A DNA stretch of 57,839 bases, counting the filler, from Catajapyx aquilonaris (taxonomy: Eukaryota), in the NCBI GenBank assembly GCA_000934665.2. It is 3 parts of 3 records of this genome, joined end to end, with 100 filler letters (N's around TTAATTAATTAA, not from the genome) between each part and the next. Parts side by side here need not be neighbours in the genome. Positions count along the whole stretch, not along the records: positions 19,333 to 38,525 come from JYFJ02006514.1; positions 38,626 to 57,839 come from JYFJ02006515.1; 1 more part is not named here. One strand, given 5' to 3'. The notes below the pieces were generated by a model, which saw only the letters and a program-made list of their open reading frames with translations, was not told the origin of the DNA and did no database searches. Positions 37,148 through 49,305 of this stretch are shown here, piece by piece. Every line of letters starts with the position of its first letter. Position 1 is the stretch's first letter. Both the position numbers and the translations under genes were made by a program.

Positions 37148-38525
37148 CTCTAGAGTTCACACGGGCGTCGTTGTCTTTGCTGTCGTATTTGGGCAACAAT
37201 CGTCGTGTCATTGACACGTGCCATTGACATTGACGCAAGATTGTAGTGTACCTGTTTTTACAAGGTGATAATGTCGAAATGGTGTCAACGAGATTACATT
37301 TTTTTCCCCTCCCCCATTGCTCCTTCACCTGGTAAACATTTAATTGCGGTCCGTAAAATGCGTCGGGTTATCTCTCTGTGAAGCGGGGCCTCTGTGTTGA
37401 TACTGTAATCTCACGGTCGATGGATGTTGCATCCAAGATTAATTACCCTGAGATATCAAGCCCCAGCATTTTTCAAACCCGCGCGCATTCCTTCCACTCT
37501 CAACCATTATGACAATAAAAAACTGTTGATATTCATGCATAAACTGACTGTTGACGTTTCACGGCTCCTTTTTTTTTTAAACCGCCCTTTTAAATTTATT
37601 GTCTCCCTAACCGGTTTTTTTTTTGTGGTGGTGCAAACACACACACGCAACGGTCCATTAATCATGTCTTGCATGCACCTCTGTGAGTATAACAGGGGTG
37701 TTATTAATGCTCTTTTTCGCGGCCAAAAAGCAATAAATCAGGGCGTCCATCCAAACTGTGGGTCCAGCTCCAGAGTCTCATTGTTGTGGGAGAGAGAAGA
37801 TGCAATAAGTTCACGTCAGTCCGCGCAGCACTGATGGAAAAATGCTGTGAATAACTTAGGAACCGGGTGTTTCAGCAGCATTGTGTTGATGAGACACCCT
37901 GTAAGTTCTTCCGGGAGTGGGTATGTGGGTTAACCCCCTCCCCTATCTCCTTTTGGGGGACGAGGCATGCGCAGGTGGGGCGTCGAACTTGGGGGTTTTT
38001 GTACCGGGAGCATCGGGGCGTCGGTGGCAGTGGGCCAGAGGGACGCCAGCCGACGCCTCATCTGTCGCCTTGCTCCGTCGTCGTCCTGGGCCCTACAACC
38101 GGACCAGCCACGACGCCCAACCAACCGTCATGACGCCCGCCTTGCAAGGTAACCCAGCAATTAAAATGTATGTCGCATTGTTGCGAGAGAGAGCCTCTTT
38201 CGCAACAATCCATTGATCCGCACTTTTTTTTCTTCCTATTCTTTCAATTTTTTTTGGCACACTTTTTTCCTCTCTGCGGTACTCTGCAGAAGACAAGGGG
38301 GTGGGTGGTTGGGCGGAAGTCAACCCCCCCTCCTTCCTCCTGCTTCCTCCATCCCTCCCAGCCCCTTCGATTGATTGACTTTTCGCCCTTTCTTCCTAAT
38401 TCGATGTGAAAGTCTGCGGTGGACTGGCCTATACCCTAATGGCAGCGACGTCTGCAGTAATTTTGGAATGGAGGCGGGTTCAAGCCGGAAGAGAGGGTGG
38501 GTGGGAGAGAGAGAGAGGGGGGGGG

Positions 38526-38625
38526 NNNNNNNNNNNNNNNNNNNNNNNNNNNNNNNNNNNNNNNNNNNNTTAATTAATTAANNNNNNNNNNNNNNNNNNN
38601 NNNNNNNNNNNNNNNNNNNNNNNNN
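38526..38625. other. Artificial contig linker N44-TTAATTAATTAA-N44
   Basis: Same 100 nt structure as the first linker. Confidence 0.97.
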
Positions 38626-41408
38626 TATCGCTGTAAGTAAACAAACTTGACCGCCGCCAGGCGAAATCGGAACATGTAATGTAAGTACAACACGTAATGT
38701 TATTATTCCTGTAACTTCTGTTTTACGCGGTTTTTTGCGCTGAAATTGCAATTGCCGCACTCCTCAGCGTCAGTACTAGGTCCCTGCACACTCGTTTTTC
38801 AAGTAAGTATCACAACAGAGCTGTATTTCGCGCCAACCTAAACTCCCCAATTACCAGATTTGCATTATCAAATGAGCCAGAATGTCACTAGTTTGGACTT
38901 GGCGTTTGTTTCTTACATTTAGCAAATGTCGTACTGTCTAAATTTATTAGGTTTGTCATTTAAAGCATACCTCAAGGTAATCCCATTTTACTCACATCTC
39001 TCTTGATTATGTCATAACTCATTACAAGACTCATTACGTGATAAGGAAAAAAGCATTTAAGCAGTTGTGTGGGAAACTGAGGTAATTAGAAGAATGCAGA
39101 TAATATCATCTCATTCAAGGAGATTCTGCAGTCGTGCTCTTGGCAAGGAAAAATGAGTAGATGGAAAGAATATGAACAGGATATGAAAAAATCAGTCAAT
39201 CAATCCAGCCTAAATCAATTCGTGTCTGTTCTTGGAAAGTTGAAATAACAAATTCCGTCTCATAGATTTGACTTCAGAAGCCTGCTCTAATTGCTAATTG
39301 TGTTGTTGATATTGTCAGCATCATTGTTGCCCATTGTGCCACCTGCACTATTCGAACTAGTTAAATTCATGGTGCAATGGGCAAGGCAATGGTAAAAATT
39401 CCATCTCATCGAAAAACTGATCTTGGTACAGTACCGGTAAGTCTAAATATGCGGTAGAAAAAATGATTTTTCTGCACATGCAGTACCGGTATCCAGTAAG
39501 TTAATGAGTGGGTAATAGTTTCTCGACAAAGTGGTCATTAACTATAATTTCTTGCAGTTTCACTTTATACGAAGTAGTTTTATACTCGTACACATTCTAC
39601 TTTACCGATACGCTATGAAAAAAGTCTCCCTTCATGATATGATCATTATGTCATAAGTTTCCGCTAAAAACTTTTATTGCTCTAGTTATTACTTGTATCT
39701 CCTAATTCAGCATAAATTATCCCTTGTACTTGAACAGAAAACGATGATGATTCTCTCGACGACGTAACGTGGTAAGTAGGCCTACCGAAAGGATGGTATT
39801 TCAAGTACAGTGTTTCTTTGCTCAACAATTATTACTAGGCTATTGCTGGCTCACGCAAAAGACTGACTGTGAGGCGGAGGAAAGGGGGAATCCCATTCTC
39901 ATACATGAAAAACAAGATGAATATGAGTTTTTTTCTTTATGTGGGTGAACAGTGAAAATACCTGCCATTCGTGTCCCAGCTATAATTATTTTCTGGATTA
40001 AACATCTGATAACCAGATAACGTACTAAGAAATAAGATTGCAACTTGTGGAATACAGGCACATAACAAATATGGAATGAGAAATTTTTTTTCATGTTTTT
40101 CTTTAGGCCATAGAGCGTGACATGTCACGTCCGTGGATTGTCCCCACCTTCACTTTCGTAGTTTTGTCAATTTTTATGCAAGGCATAAGATGTTATGTCA
40201 CTTTTCATATGAGAGTGATGGAGAAAGGAATACTGAAGGTAAAAGCATTCTTTGTCCTGAAGTTCCAACAGATGTTCAAGGAAATGATTTTAATAACCTA
40301 TTTGAATCTTTTGGATCATCTATATCGACTTTTAGGACATTTTCATTTAAATTTTTTTTGAAATGAAATTGCAGGTTTTTTTCACTATTCACCCATGCAT
40401 AAAATTAAATCAAATTAAATTAATGTACGAAGTTATGACAGTGGGCTTGTTCTATACAGATGGGCGTGGATCCAAACGTGGTGGTCCAAACGTCGTGGAA
40501 AAATGATCCACCAATGAAACAAAGAACACACATTATTTTATTATCTTAGGCAAGCTGATGTCATGTCTTCACCACGATCAATATGAAATATTTAAGAATT
40601 ATACGTGATTTTTATGGGAGACAAAAACAGAAGATCGAATTTCATCCTATATTATGTCAGAACTCTCGAGTGGGTTGCATAAATAAATAGATAAATAAAT
40701 AAATAGTTTTCCTTGAAACAGACTTTAATACTGGTTTTCTCTGCATTTTAAATAAACTTGGAATTGGAGGCCTCTCTCAGGTATTCTAGTCCTGAAAAGT
40801 CTTTGAAGGAGAGGCTTGCCAATAGGTTCGTTTCCATATTATTTTGGTAAGAACTTGGCTAAATCTCAATTTCAACTGTTTTCAGGTGTAAAGTTCAGGT
40901 AAATCCTGATCATTTTTGTTGGCAAACTCTTCTGCTGCCATCTTTTGTGGAAAAAATGGTAAAATTATTGCACTGTATAGAAGATCTTCACAGGCTCCTT
41001 CACCTTGACATGCTACGTTCATTGGTGACGTATTACAAGCCTGAGCACCGGAGTACCGAAGTGGTTAATCCCTTGAGCCAGGGACTATTCAAAACAACTG
41101 CCGGTCATTGCCTCTAGTGTCTTTGACCAGGACAGTTGTCACAGGCGAGTAGCCTCTAGTAACTCTGCAAGTGGAGGCGCTTCGCTTCAACCGTTATATT
41201 GGTAGCTAAACGCCTAAACCTTGATTCCATTTTGAAAAAATTAATAATTTAAGTAAGAAAAATGAATGACATACATATTTTATGGCATTTATCCAGTACT
41301 CCAGTACCAGTACACAGCAAATAGTTCATAAATGTCTACAGCTGAAATAACAGTTCCTCGTGATTACCCATGAATTTCGTTTCATTTATTTTACAGGTTA
41401 AGGACTAA

Positions 41409-41621
41409 AAGCCGGTATCCACGTTAGAGTTTCTCTCATAAGAGTCCTCTTACGCGAGAAATCTTGTACGTCGAGACGGACTCTTTGACGCCTCAGGGCC
41501 CCTCTTGTCCCTCTAAAAGGGGATTAAAGTTGAAAATTTTCAACTTTTCCTCTTTCCTCGTATCCGGGCATGCGCAGTTGGCTCCTCTTATGAGAGAAAA
41601 CTCTTACGTCGGTACCGGCTT
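41409..41621. mobile_element. PIF/Harbinger-type (Tourist-like) MITE
   Basis: TIR aagccggtatccacgttagagtttctctcataagag pairs with ctcttatgagagaaaactcttacgtcggtaccggctt. TAA flanks both sides (41406-41408, 41622-41624). Confidence 0.75.
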
Positions 41622-41688
41622 TAAGTGAGATACACTGATACAATATTGAACTCTTACCAGGATAATTTACATGTTTTGTTTGGAGTTA

Positions 41689-43397
41689 CTACAAATTGAA
41701 CGCCTTTTCCAGATATTCTTGCCCAGGCAATTTGGTAAGTGGAAAACTTTCTCCAATTTTGTTACCCATTTCTGTTATAAGATTGCTCAGTTTTCTTCTC
41801 AGGGCAGGACTGATGAGGTTCATGATATTCTGGCTATTCCGGTTAATGAATGATTCCGCGGCTTCCCCTGCAACGAACGAACAATGTGAAAATCCAAATA
41901 CTTGCGGCCAGTTGTAGGCTCAGAGAGACAGCCCAATTATTGTCACATGCCATCCTTGTTAGACACTAAGACCATCTGATGCCATATTTCCAGATGATAT
42001 AAAAGTACATAAAAGATTACTTACGCTTTATTCGATTATCTGGGTAAAGATTGTTGAGGTGAATCATCACCTGGTCCATGTCCATCTTTTCTACCTTGCC
42101 CACAATAGCTAAATGGTAGTCATCTCCAACCAAATCGAAGTCGCACTTTCCTTCTCCAGTAATGCCCTCTGCAATAGGTCAATTTGGGCTATGATCACAT
42201 CAAGTCAGTTCCATGAGCTTACGTCATGATTGGTGCACAGGCATGGACAAAAATATATTAATTGGGAGGTCTATGATGTTGATAGAGAAACAAAAGTAAT
42301 CTCATTCGACAACTCCTTTCATAATGAGCTAAGGATCTGAATTGAAATGCATACGTCCATCTTGCTTGTTAGAAACAGAAATGTAACCTAACAATCATTT
42401 TTAATAAATTAAAAAAAGACAAATATGTTCATTAGCCCACATACAGTATTATGATAATTATGGTTTAAGATTGACTCCGTGTGAGTACACAACAAGTTAC
42501 TTACGTAACAAATAAAAAAATAATTTATATGAAGGGTCATCATCAGTAATACAGGCCTTGATTGAATCAATGTGTAAATAGTATGACGCATGCAACAACA
42601 TTAATTTTCCTTAAACTGACGTGCATACTATTCATTGCTGCTAACATCTCTTTGATATACTATATGCCTACATTGATGGCAAAGACAAACGACTGCATGG
42701 TGACTTACTCAGTCTGGCCCACAAGGTTCCCTGACCCTTGAAGGTAATCAAAGAGAGCTTGAAGTTGACTATGTACTTGGATTGTACGAAAATCTCGGGT
42801 ATTTTCACTTCCCAAGAGGCAACCTTGTTGTCGTAGTCCAATCGGAGCTTGGTCAATTCCATCTTATCAAAGCCTTTGACTGTTATGTCCCACATGGCCA
42901 GGTTCAGGTACCTGTCTTCGTTTCGGTAGTCGCTCACGTTGAAGCTCTCCACTCCCAGTTCTTTTATTGGTGACAAGTGGAATTCAGGAAGTCCTGAATG
43001 AAGTTTTTGTTTGTATATGGCAACATGTGGGATCACAGCCCATGTCTTTAGAATTGTTGGCCCTTACCTTCTGCAAAGTCATCTTGCATCTCATTGACCA
43101 GTTTTATTAGACATGACTCCAACTCCTCCCTGCTCACATCCATGCATCTTGGAACTACTTCATCTGGAATTAAGTCATTGGCATTAGTGTTAAACGGCCA
43201 AATAGAATGTAATAAGAGAATCATGTTCACAGTTGCATGCAAAATCACACCAAAATAATTAATGATATTTTACAAATTGCTGATTTGATGTTTGTAGAAA
43301 AATACGCCTCCATTACACCTATTTACCAACCTCTAGGAACGACCGCTGTGAAAGTGCAGGAGGCAAGAGCCAGCAGCATGCACACACGAATAGTCAT
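41689..43397 (-). CDS. Takeout/juvenile hormone-binding protein (JHBP) family secreted protein; exons 43397-43331, 43163-43068, 42993-42709, 42168-42025, 41867-41689
   Basis: Signal peptide MTIRVCMLLALASCTFT, N-terminal Cys pair, GLPEFHLSPI (G.P...PL motif), ITVKGF, FKGQG, HLNNLY and FINRNSQNI. All introns are phase-1 GT-AG and in frame. Confidence 0.85.
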
Positions 43398-43596
43398 GGC
43401 GATCTAATGTGTATTGCTTCAATTGCACCAACTCTTTTATTCCTCCGGTGCAAGGTAATGTCCCAATTTATTTTTTATGCCTGCTCACTTGTGTAACCAT
43501 ATCCTGAGTAATATTTTTTCATGGAAAAGGTTACAATGATGTGCAAGACAGATGACTGGAAATCACTCGAAGAAGTGTGTACACCTTGCAAGAAGT

Positions 43597-43879
43597 GGCC
43601 TTTAGTGGGGGCTTAACGTCGGCCTATTTCTGCCGCTCGGCTCAACACCGACGCCAGGGGGATGGTCCTTCTCCTGGAAATTTGGCCACTCTGGGGATCT
43701 TTAACGTGCATTCGCGCAATCATAAGCACACGGGACCGACGGCTTTACTTCCCCTCCGAAGGAAGGCGCACTCTCACTTTTCTACCACCCGGAGAAAAGT
43801 CACCGACCTCGGCCTGGTTCGAACCCACAACTTTGGGACCAGAGGCGAGCGCGCTAACCACTAGTCCACCGGCGCCGGC
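43597..43879 (-). mobile_element. tRNA-derived SINE with Deu/Nin-like central domain
   Basis: The minus strand shows A box TGGACTAGTGG and B box GGTTCGAACC, then CCTTCGGAGGGGAAGTAAAGCCGTCGGTCCC..GCACGTTAAAGATCCC. 3' boundary approximate. Confidence 0.8.
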
Positions 43880-44314
43880 ACCGTGGCCAGCAGCGTGGCC
43901 TGCGTCATGTTCTTTCCCTTATTTTTTATCCACTTACCGAAAGGGATGGTGGTCAGGTCATATTCATCATGTATTACACGAACCGCAACAATAGTATATA
44001 GACACGATGATTATATTTATTGAATAGCCTTGGATCATCTTTGACATTTTCAGTGTCAAGTTTATATTAATGTGAAGTTTCCTCATTGACCATCAATTGA
44101 AAATTCATTTCCCTAGAGCCTACGATATAGCTCGAGGTACCAAATACATTACTTGCATTCCAAATGCATATTTAGGCCTAAAGCGCGGTCCATAAAATTG
44201 AATCTACAGTAAAACTCAAGAACGGGGACAACTAAATATATAATGAGATATAATTATGTTTTGTCAATATATGGAAGAGTAATACGGAAAATTGGCACAA
44301 GTCACAAAAGTACG

Positions 44315-44387
44315 TATCCCTGGTGGGACTCGAACCCGCAATCCCCGGTTTAGGAGACCGATGCCTTATCCATTAGGCCACAGGAGC
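44315..44387 (-). tRNA. tRNA-Arg(CCT), possibly impaired
   Basis: 73 nt GCTCCTGTGGCCTAATGGATAAGGCATCGGTCTCCTAAACCGGGGATTGCGGGTTCGAGTCCCACCAGGGATA. Anticodon loop CTCCTAA, TTTT terminator a few nt downstream, C-A mismatches in the acceptor and T stems. Confidence 0.85.
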
Positions 44388-45829
44388 TGATTCATGGTGG
44401 AAAGGATACTAAGTGACTCATTTCCGCTCATTTGACTTGTGAGTGTGGTGTAAACGTGGGAATGTACAAATCCGTAATTGAATATTGACCTTGGTAGAGG
44501 ATTTTTGAAATAGTTGTTCATATTGACTAATATAAGATCAAGGGCTTTAGAATGTCATGCCATGTTACAACTGACCTCGTCTCGCGCTTTCTTGGTTGGT
44601 TTTACTGAGCAATAAACATCAGAGTCACCATTGCTGAGTCACCATTCTGTTGGAATTTTAATTTTTTTAAATTTTATTTTACCTCGTGATAGGGCAGAGC
44701 CATTTTAGGGGAGTGGCATACCACCGTTAGTTTTCTTCGATTTTTCTGACTCTTACGTCACACATGGGTGGGGCCAATATTTTGAGCTCTGCACAATTCG
44801 CTCTTTGCAAACCAACAAGACAGAGGCTATAGTATACTGTAACCCTGTACTGTAGGCTACATACTTTGTATGTGGCAAATGATAATAAATCTTTATTATT
44901 TTGTAATTATAGGCTACGTATGTATAACCAAGAGCTCTTGGTATAACTTGTACCAACCTTTAAAAAATATGCTCCTACTTGCCAAAATTGACCGAAAAAT
45001 ATTATTATTTTTGCTAGTGACTGTGTACTGTTAGCTGGCACGCTTACCGTGCAATAAATTTCCAACTCACTACTACGTGGGAAAATACAAAGTGCGTAAC
45101 TGTAGACAAACATTTCCATGTCTTTGGAGTAGCCTATGAAACTCGAGATACATTAGCGAGCTGAATTACACACAAATGGTTTTGGGACTATGAAGACCAT
45201 AAATGAAGAATTTCTGATCATTTCTTTAGGAAGGAATTTTCAGATCAGAAATGTGGCAATAATATTATATTGCTGATGCTACTGGAACAATATATGTATG
45301 CACAAAAATACAGTTGAGATAAAATCACGTACCTGCGAAGAAGGGATTCATTCATCAGCTGCGAATTTATCACTGCAGTTCGTCCCCGTTGCCTTCAGCA
45401 TACAACTGCATGGCTGCTATAATGCAGCCTACATAGGCTACCTCTCTACGTTAAATCTATTTAGTAAATGCTGACAGAAACCTTCTGAGCAGATATCCAG
45501 ATTCAGAGCAGAAATGGCAATAGGGGTCACTATTCACATCTTCAGAAAATAGAAAAAAGTGTAATCACGGTGACTTCATTGTGTTGGCCAATATTTTGGT
45601 AAAGGTAGACACAAAGATTTTATATAAATGACTTGTAAAAGACATTGAAAATAACTCCATCTGCCCATATGTCTGGCTGATGAGAAGTAATTCCACAAGT
45701 TATTACTTGATGTCAAGAGCTAGTTGATGTTGATGAGTGTAAATACTTTTCTCGGTGACTGGCTATTTTTGCCGAAGATTAAATTTTGGACATCTGGTCA
45801 TCATAAAATCTATCGAAGAAAAGGTTTCA

Positions 45830-46200
45830 TAATGATTATGATTATGATTATGATTATATATTTATTTATTTATGTTACCCCGTGATAGGGCCATGGGCCC
45901 TCTTACGGGCCGTGGCACACCACCATATTTTCCATTCAATTTTCTATGATTTTTCTTCAGACACCGTGCAGGGATGAAAGGAACTATGCACTAATAACAG
46001 CCTATGTACGGTACTGCCATCCTTCTCAACTGTTGACCTTGTGCTCACCCCAAACGCCCTCGGGTCATGAAATGCCCTTGTTCCACCGCTCTTTGGATAT
46101 GCCACGTATGCGGGAGGAACCCCGCTCGTGACCCCTCCATGCACTTCAAGATTCCAAGGTCCTTTCCATTTCCCTCTATCCCTCCTTCCCCCCCCCCCCC
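45830..46200 (-). mobile_element. Probable 3' end of a non-LTR retroelement with (TAAA)/(TAATCA) tail
   Basis: The terminal ~60 bp (tacc.cgtgatagggc...gtggca.accacc) recurs at ~44675-44735, each time next to an A-rich tail on the minus strand. No coding motif recognised. Confidence 0.4.
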
Positions 46201-46423
46201 CCNACAGATCGCCCGGGTTATTTGTACCCCCCCGGGGGGGTACAAATAACCCGGGCGATTTGTACCGGGGTGGGTACATTTCGCCCGGGGTACGTTTCGC
46301 CCGTTACACCGGTTCAGAAGAGGGGAGGGGACACTCTTTCAGGCTCCTTCTTCCTTCTTCCTTAGTTCCTTGACTAGTTGACACTTGAAAGTTGAGACGT
46401 TGAGTTGACACAGCTCACCACCA

Positions 46424-46730
46424 AATGCAGGTCTAGACTTGTAGGATCAGTCGACTGCCCTGACAAGAGGTCATCACGAGGAGGCCTCATCTGCTGGGAC
46501 ACACTCCAGTTGGCACAGAGGTCAAGGAGGAGTCAGAAGAGGACGACGGATGTTCTGGGAAAAGACGAGGTGGTGCCATAGAGGTCAGCAGATTGGTTGA
46601 AGTGGAGACCCCGGGAGAGGAAGAGAAGAGCAACTCTGGACAGGAAAGTGACACGGGTTCAGCCAGGGAGGAGGAAGAGGCAGACGATCATGGAAGTGGA
46701 GACACAGGCAGGCTATTAAACCAGGTGAGA
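46424..46730 (+). pseudogene. Decayed copy of the first coding exon of the downstream zinc-finger gene
   Basis: ctgccctgacaag, ggtcaaggaggagtcagaagagg and cagccagggaggaggaagaggcagacg..gtggagacacag match 49337-49689. Frames are broken and the donor reads gcaggc instead of gtaggc. Confidence 0.7.
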
Positions 46731-47575
46731 ACCAGCTAGAGTGCCTATGTAAAAACATGCAGTTTTACGAGCTTTTACATGCTCATGCGTCAACTCTATT
46801 GCGCGGCATGCTCGTTTTGCGTGCATGTTGTTTCTAATAGTAGGGCTATGAAATAAAAAAGCAACACTCACATTAGTTTTTCATACCATTTTCATTATTA
46901 ATTTTGTGAAATCAAGTGTGGAATTCTGCAATCTTAACAAAAGAAATTGTCAGAAAAGGTGCTATTAACCTTCCAAATTATTATTAGTCGTTTAGTTCCA
47001 AGAGCGGGGGGATGATAACATTACTGCAATTCCAATGTAGTGCTCATGGCATGTCCATTACATATAATTAGAGCGATTAGGCAACTTACACTGGGCAACA
47101 AATTTTGACAAAAGTCAAACTTCTGATATTAACGACATTTATTAATGATTTCAATGTGCTGCAATATGACAATTAAATTCCAAAATTGGCTACGATTCCT
47201 GAGAAATCCGCAATAGTTTCTTACATAATAGAGTAATACGTAGGCCCTACGTAGGCTACATATGGCGACCAGAAAAGGTCCACTTCTACTGCCAATAATA
47301 TTGCCGACTAAAGTATAGTACCTGATTTGAAGGTTCAGATAATAATAAATAATAAAATTGACCACCTTGGGTGTCTAGTGTCAATGTCTCAAAACGCGTT
47401 TTACATTCATGCACTATAAGATACTGTTTTTTACTCATTTTTGATGCTTTCCACCCTTCCTCTTCCCTGAAAAGTGCACTTACATTATTTTCATAATTCA
47501 TAATTGCCAGCTTTACCATTGTTTTCCCCGTGCAAAGAAACCTTTATGCACCAAAAACCTCGCCGATATCACTTA

Positions 47576-47889
47576 TATTGTCTGACCAGAAGCTAAAGAG
47601 AGTTGGTGGGTTTTCCCCATCAACCCAAAATCCCCCACCACCACCCCACCCCCTCGAAAATGCCACACTTCCCGACAATCTTTAATCTGCAAAAGGGTTC
47701 GGAAAGGTCAGACCGGAATACGATGTTGCCCATCAAGGTGCCTTATTACAATTTCTTATATGTATAATAACCACAGATCCACAATTATGGCAACGTCTCC
47801 TTTTAAACTGATCTTTCCGGGTTGGAGTGGGGGATTTTGGGTTGATGGGGAAAACCCACCAACTCTCTTTAGCTTCTGGTCAGACAATA
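47576..47889. repeat. Perfect 63 bp inverted repeat around a ~190 bp spacer (MITE-like)
   Basis: 47576-47638 is the reverse complement of 47827-47889. Confidence 0.85.
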
Positions 47890-47903
47890 AAATACAGCTT
47901 CCT

Positions 47904-48016
47904 CACCAAGCCCAGTTTTGATTTTTAAAAACCCGGTTCTTTCGGAGAATCCCTGCAAATAGAATAGAGATTTTCCGAAAGAACCGGTTTAAAAAAATCA
48001 AAACTGGGCTTGGTGA
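47904..48016. repeat. Imperfect hairpin with ~48 bp arms
   Basis: tcaccaagcccagttttgattttt..ccggttctttcgga pairs with tccgaaagaaccgg..aaaaatcaaaactgggcttggtga. Confidence 0.8.
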
Positions 48017-48607
48017 AACCGGCCTTTAGACCCTATTTTGACCACCGTATCTCATGAATTCTTTAGAACTAGGGTTTTTCTGGAAATGTGCTTTCTTTAT
48101 GGCATACTTTTAAAAACCAGAAAAACACATTTTGAACGTGAACTTCACATAATAGACGAGATTGGACAGGGCCATACTTTCCTGTGTTTATGTTAAAGAA
48201 GTGTACCCGCACCCCCAAAAAAAGTGACAATCTGGAAGTGATGTGAGGTCACCTCAGATACGCCCCTCGCGGACCCTATTACAGCGGTGACTCACGTGAC
48301 CCATATATTTCACACGTCATAGGAGATAGGATCACCCAACACAATTTTTTTTCACTCTTGCATTACAACTTTCAAAAGTTTTTTTTTTCTTCGTCCCAGC
48401 CTAATATACAGCATGGCCATATATGACCACCTCCGTATCTCATAATCTAGAGCCAATCGACAATTTTATTTTCCTTTTCGTATTCAGCATATCGAAATTA
48501 GTCCAGATTTGCTATTTTCGTTACAGTTGTTTTTTCTTGTTGCCCAGTGTTATCAGGCAGTGTTGAGAATGATTATGCAGCAGTATAATAAGTCTTAGAC
48601 AAGAATA

Positions 48608-49107
48608 CAGGGTGTCCCCACTATTCATTTTACATGGCATTAATTTCATATCTCTAACACGAATGAAGATATCGCAATGATATTTGAACCTCATTATGTG
48701 ATAAAGTAAATGGCATCCCAACATGTGCTGGAAATGGCCACCATTTATTGTGCCCAGGAAGGCCTGAACACGACTCTCCATATTTTGGAAGGCCCTGGCC
48801 AGCACTGCCTGAATTTCTTGGATGATGTTTTCTTTCAAGGTGTCGCGACGCCTTGAATGAAAACATCGTCCAAGAAATTCCGACAGTGCCTCAGGCCACG
48901 CTGGCCATGATCGTCCAAAATATGGAGAGTGATGGTGTTCAGGACTGCCTGCCTGGACACAAATGGTGGCCATTTCCAGCACATGTTGTGATGCCATATC
49001 CTTTCTCACATAATCAGGTTAGTTCCATTCAAATTTCGTTGCGACATCTTCATTCGTGTTAAAGTTATTACAGAAATACCGGGTAAAGGGAGTAGTGGGA
49101 CACACTG
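48608..49107. mobile_element. Tc1/mariner-derived 500 bp palindromic non-autonomous element
   Basis: TA|cagggtgtccc ... gggacacactg|TA ends, self-complementary around gtcgcgac (~48846). Arms encode LKENIIQEI..FQNMESRVQA..NGGHFQH, a transposase C-terminal signature. Confidence 0.85.
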
Positions 49108-49305
49108 TATTTTTCGATTTCATGTGTAACACCTTCTTTACGGTTCATTTAGATATTTTTGCCCAATGTAACTCGAATTTTATGGATGAAGGGGAATCAC
49201 ACCGGACTCGTCTTATTCACTCTTCCAGTTCCAGACAGGACAGGTGTACAGCAGTTGAGTGAACAGCGGACAGAGGAGAGACCCACTCCCCATTAAGCTA
49301 GCAAC

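Noticed and set aside
27903..37227. Many overlapping antisense and alternative-frame ORFs
   Set aside because: They are shadows of the GC-rich exons of androglobin and SLC17.
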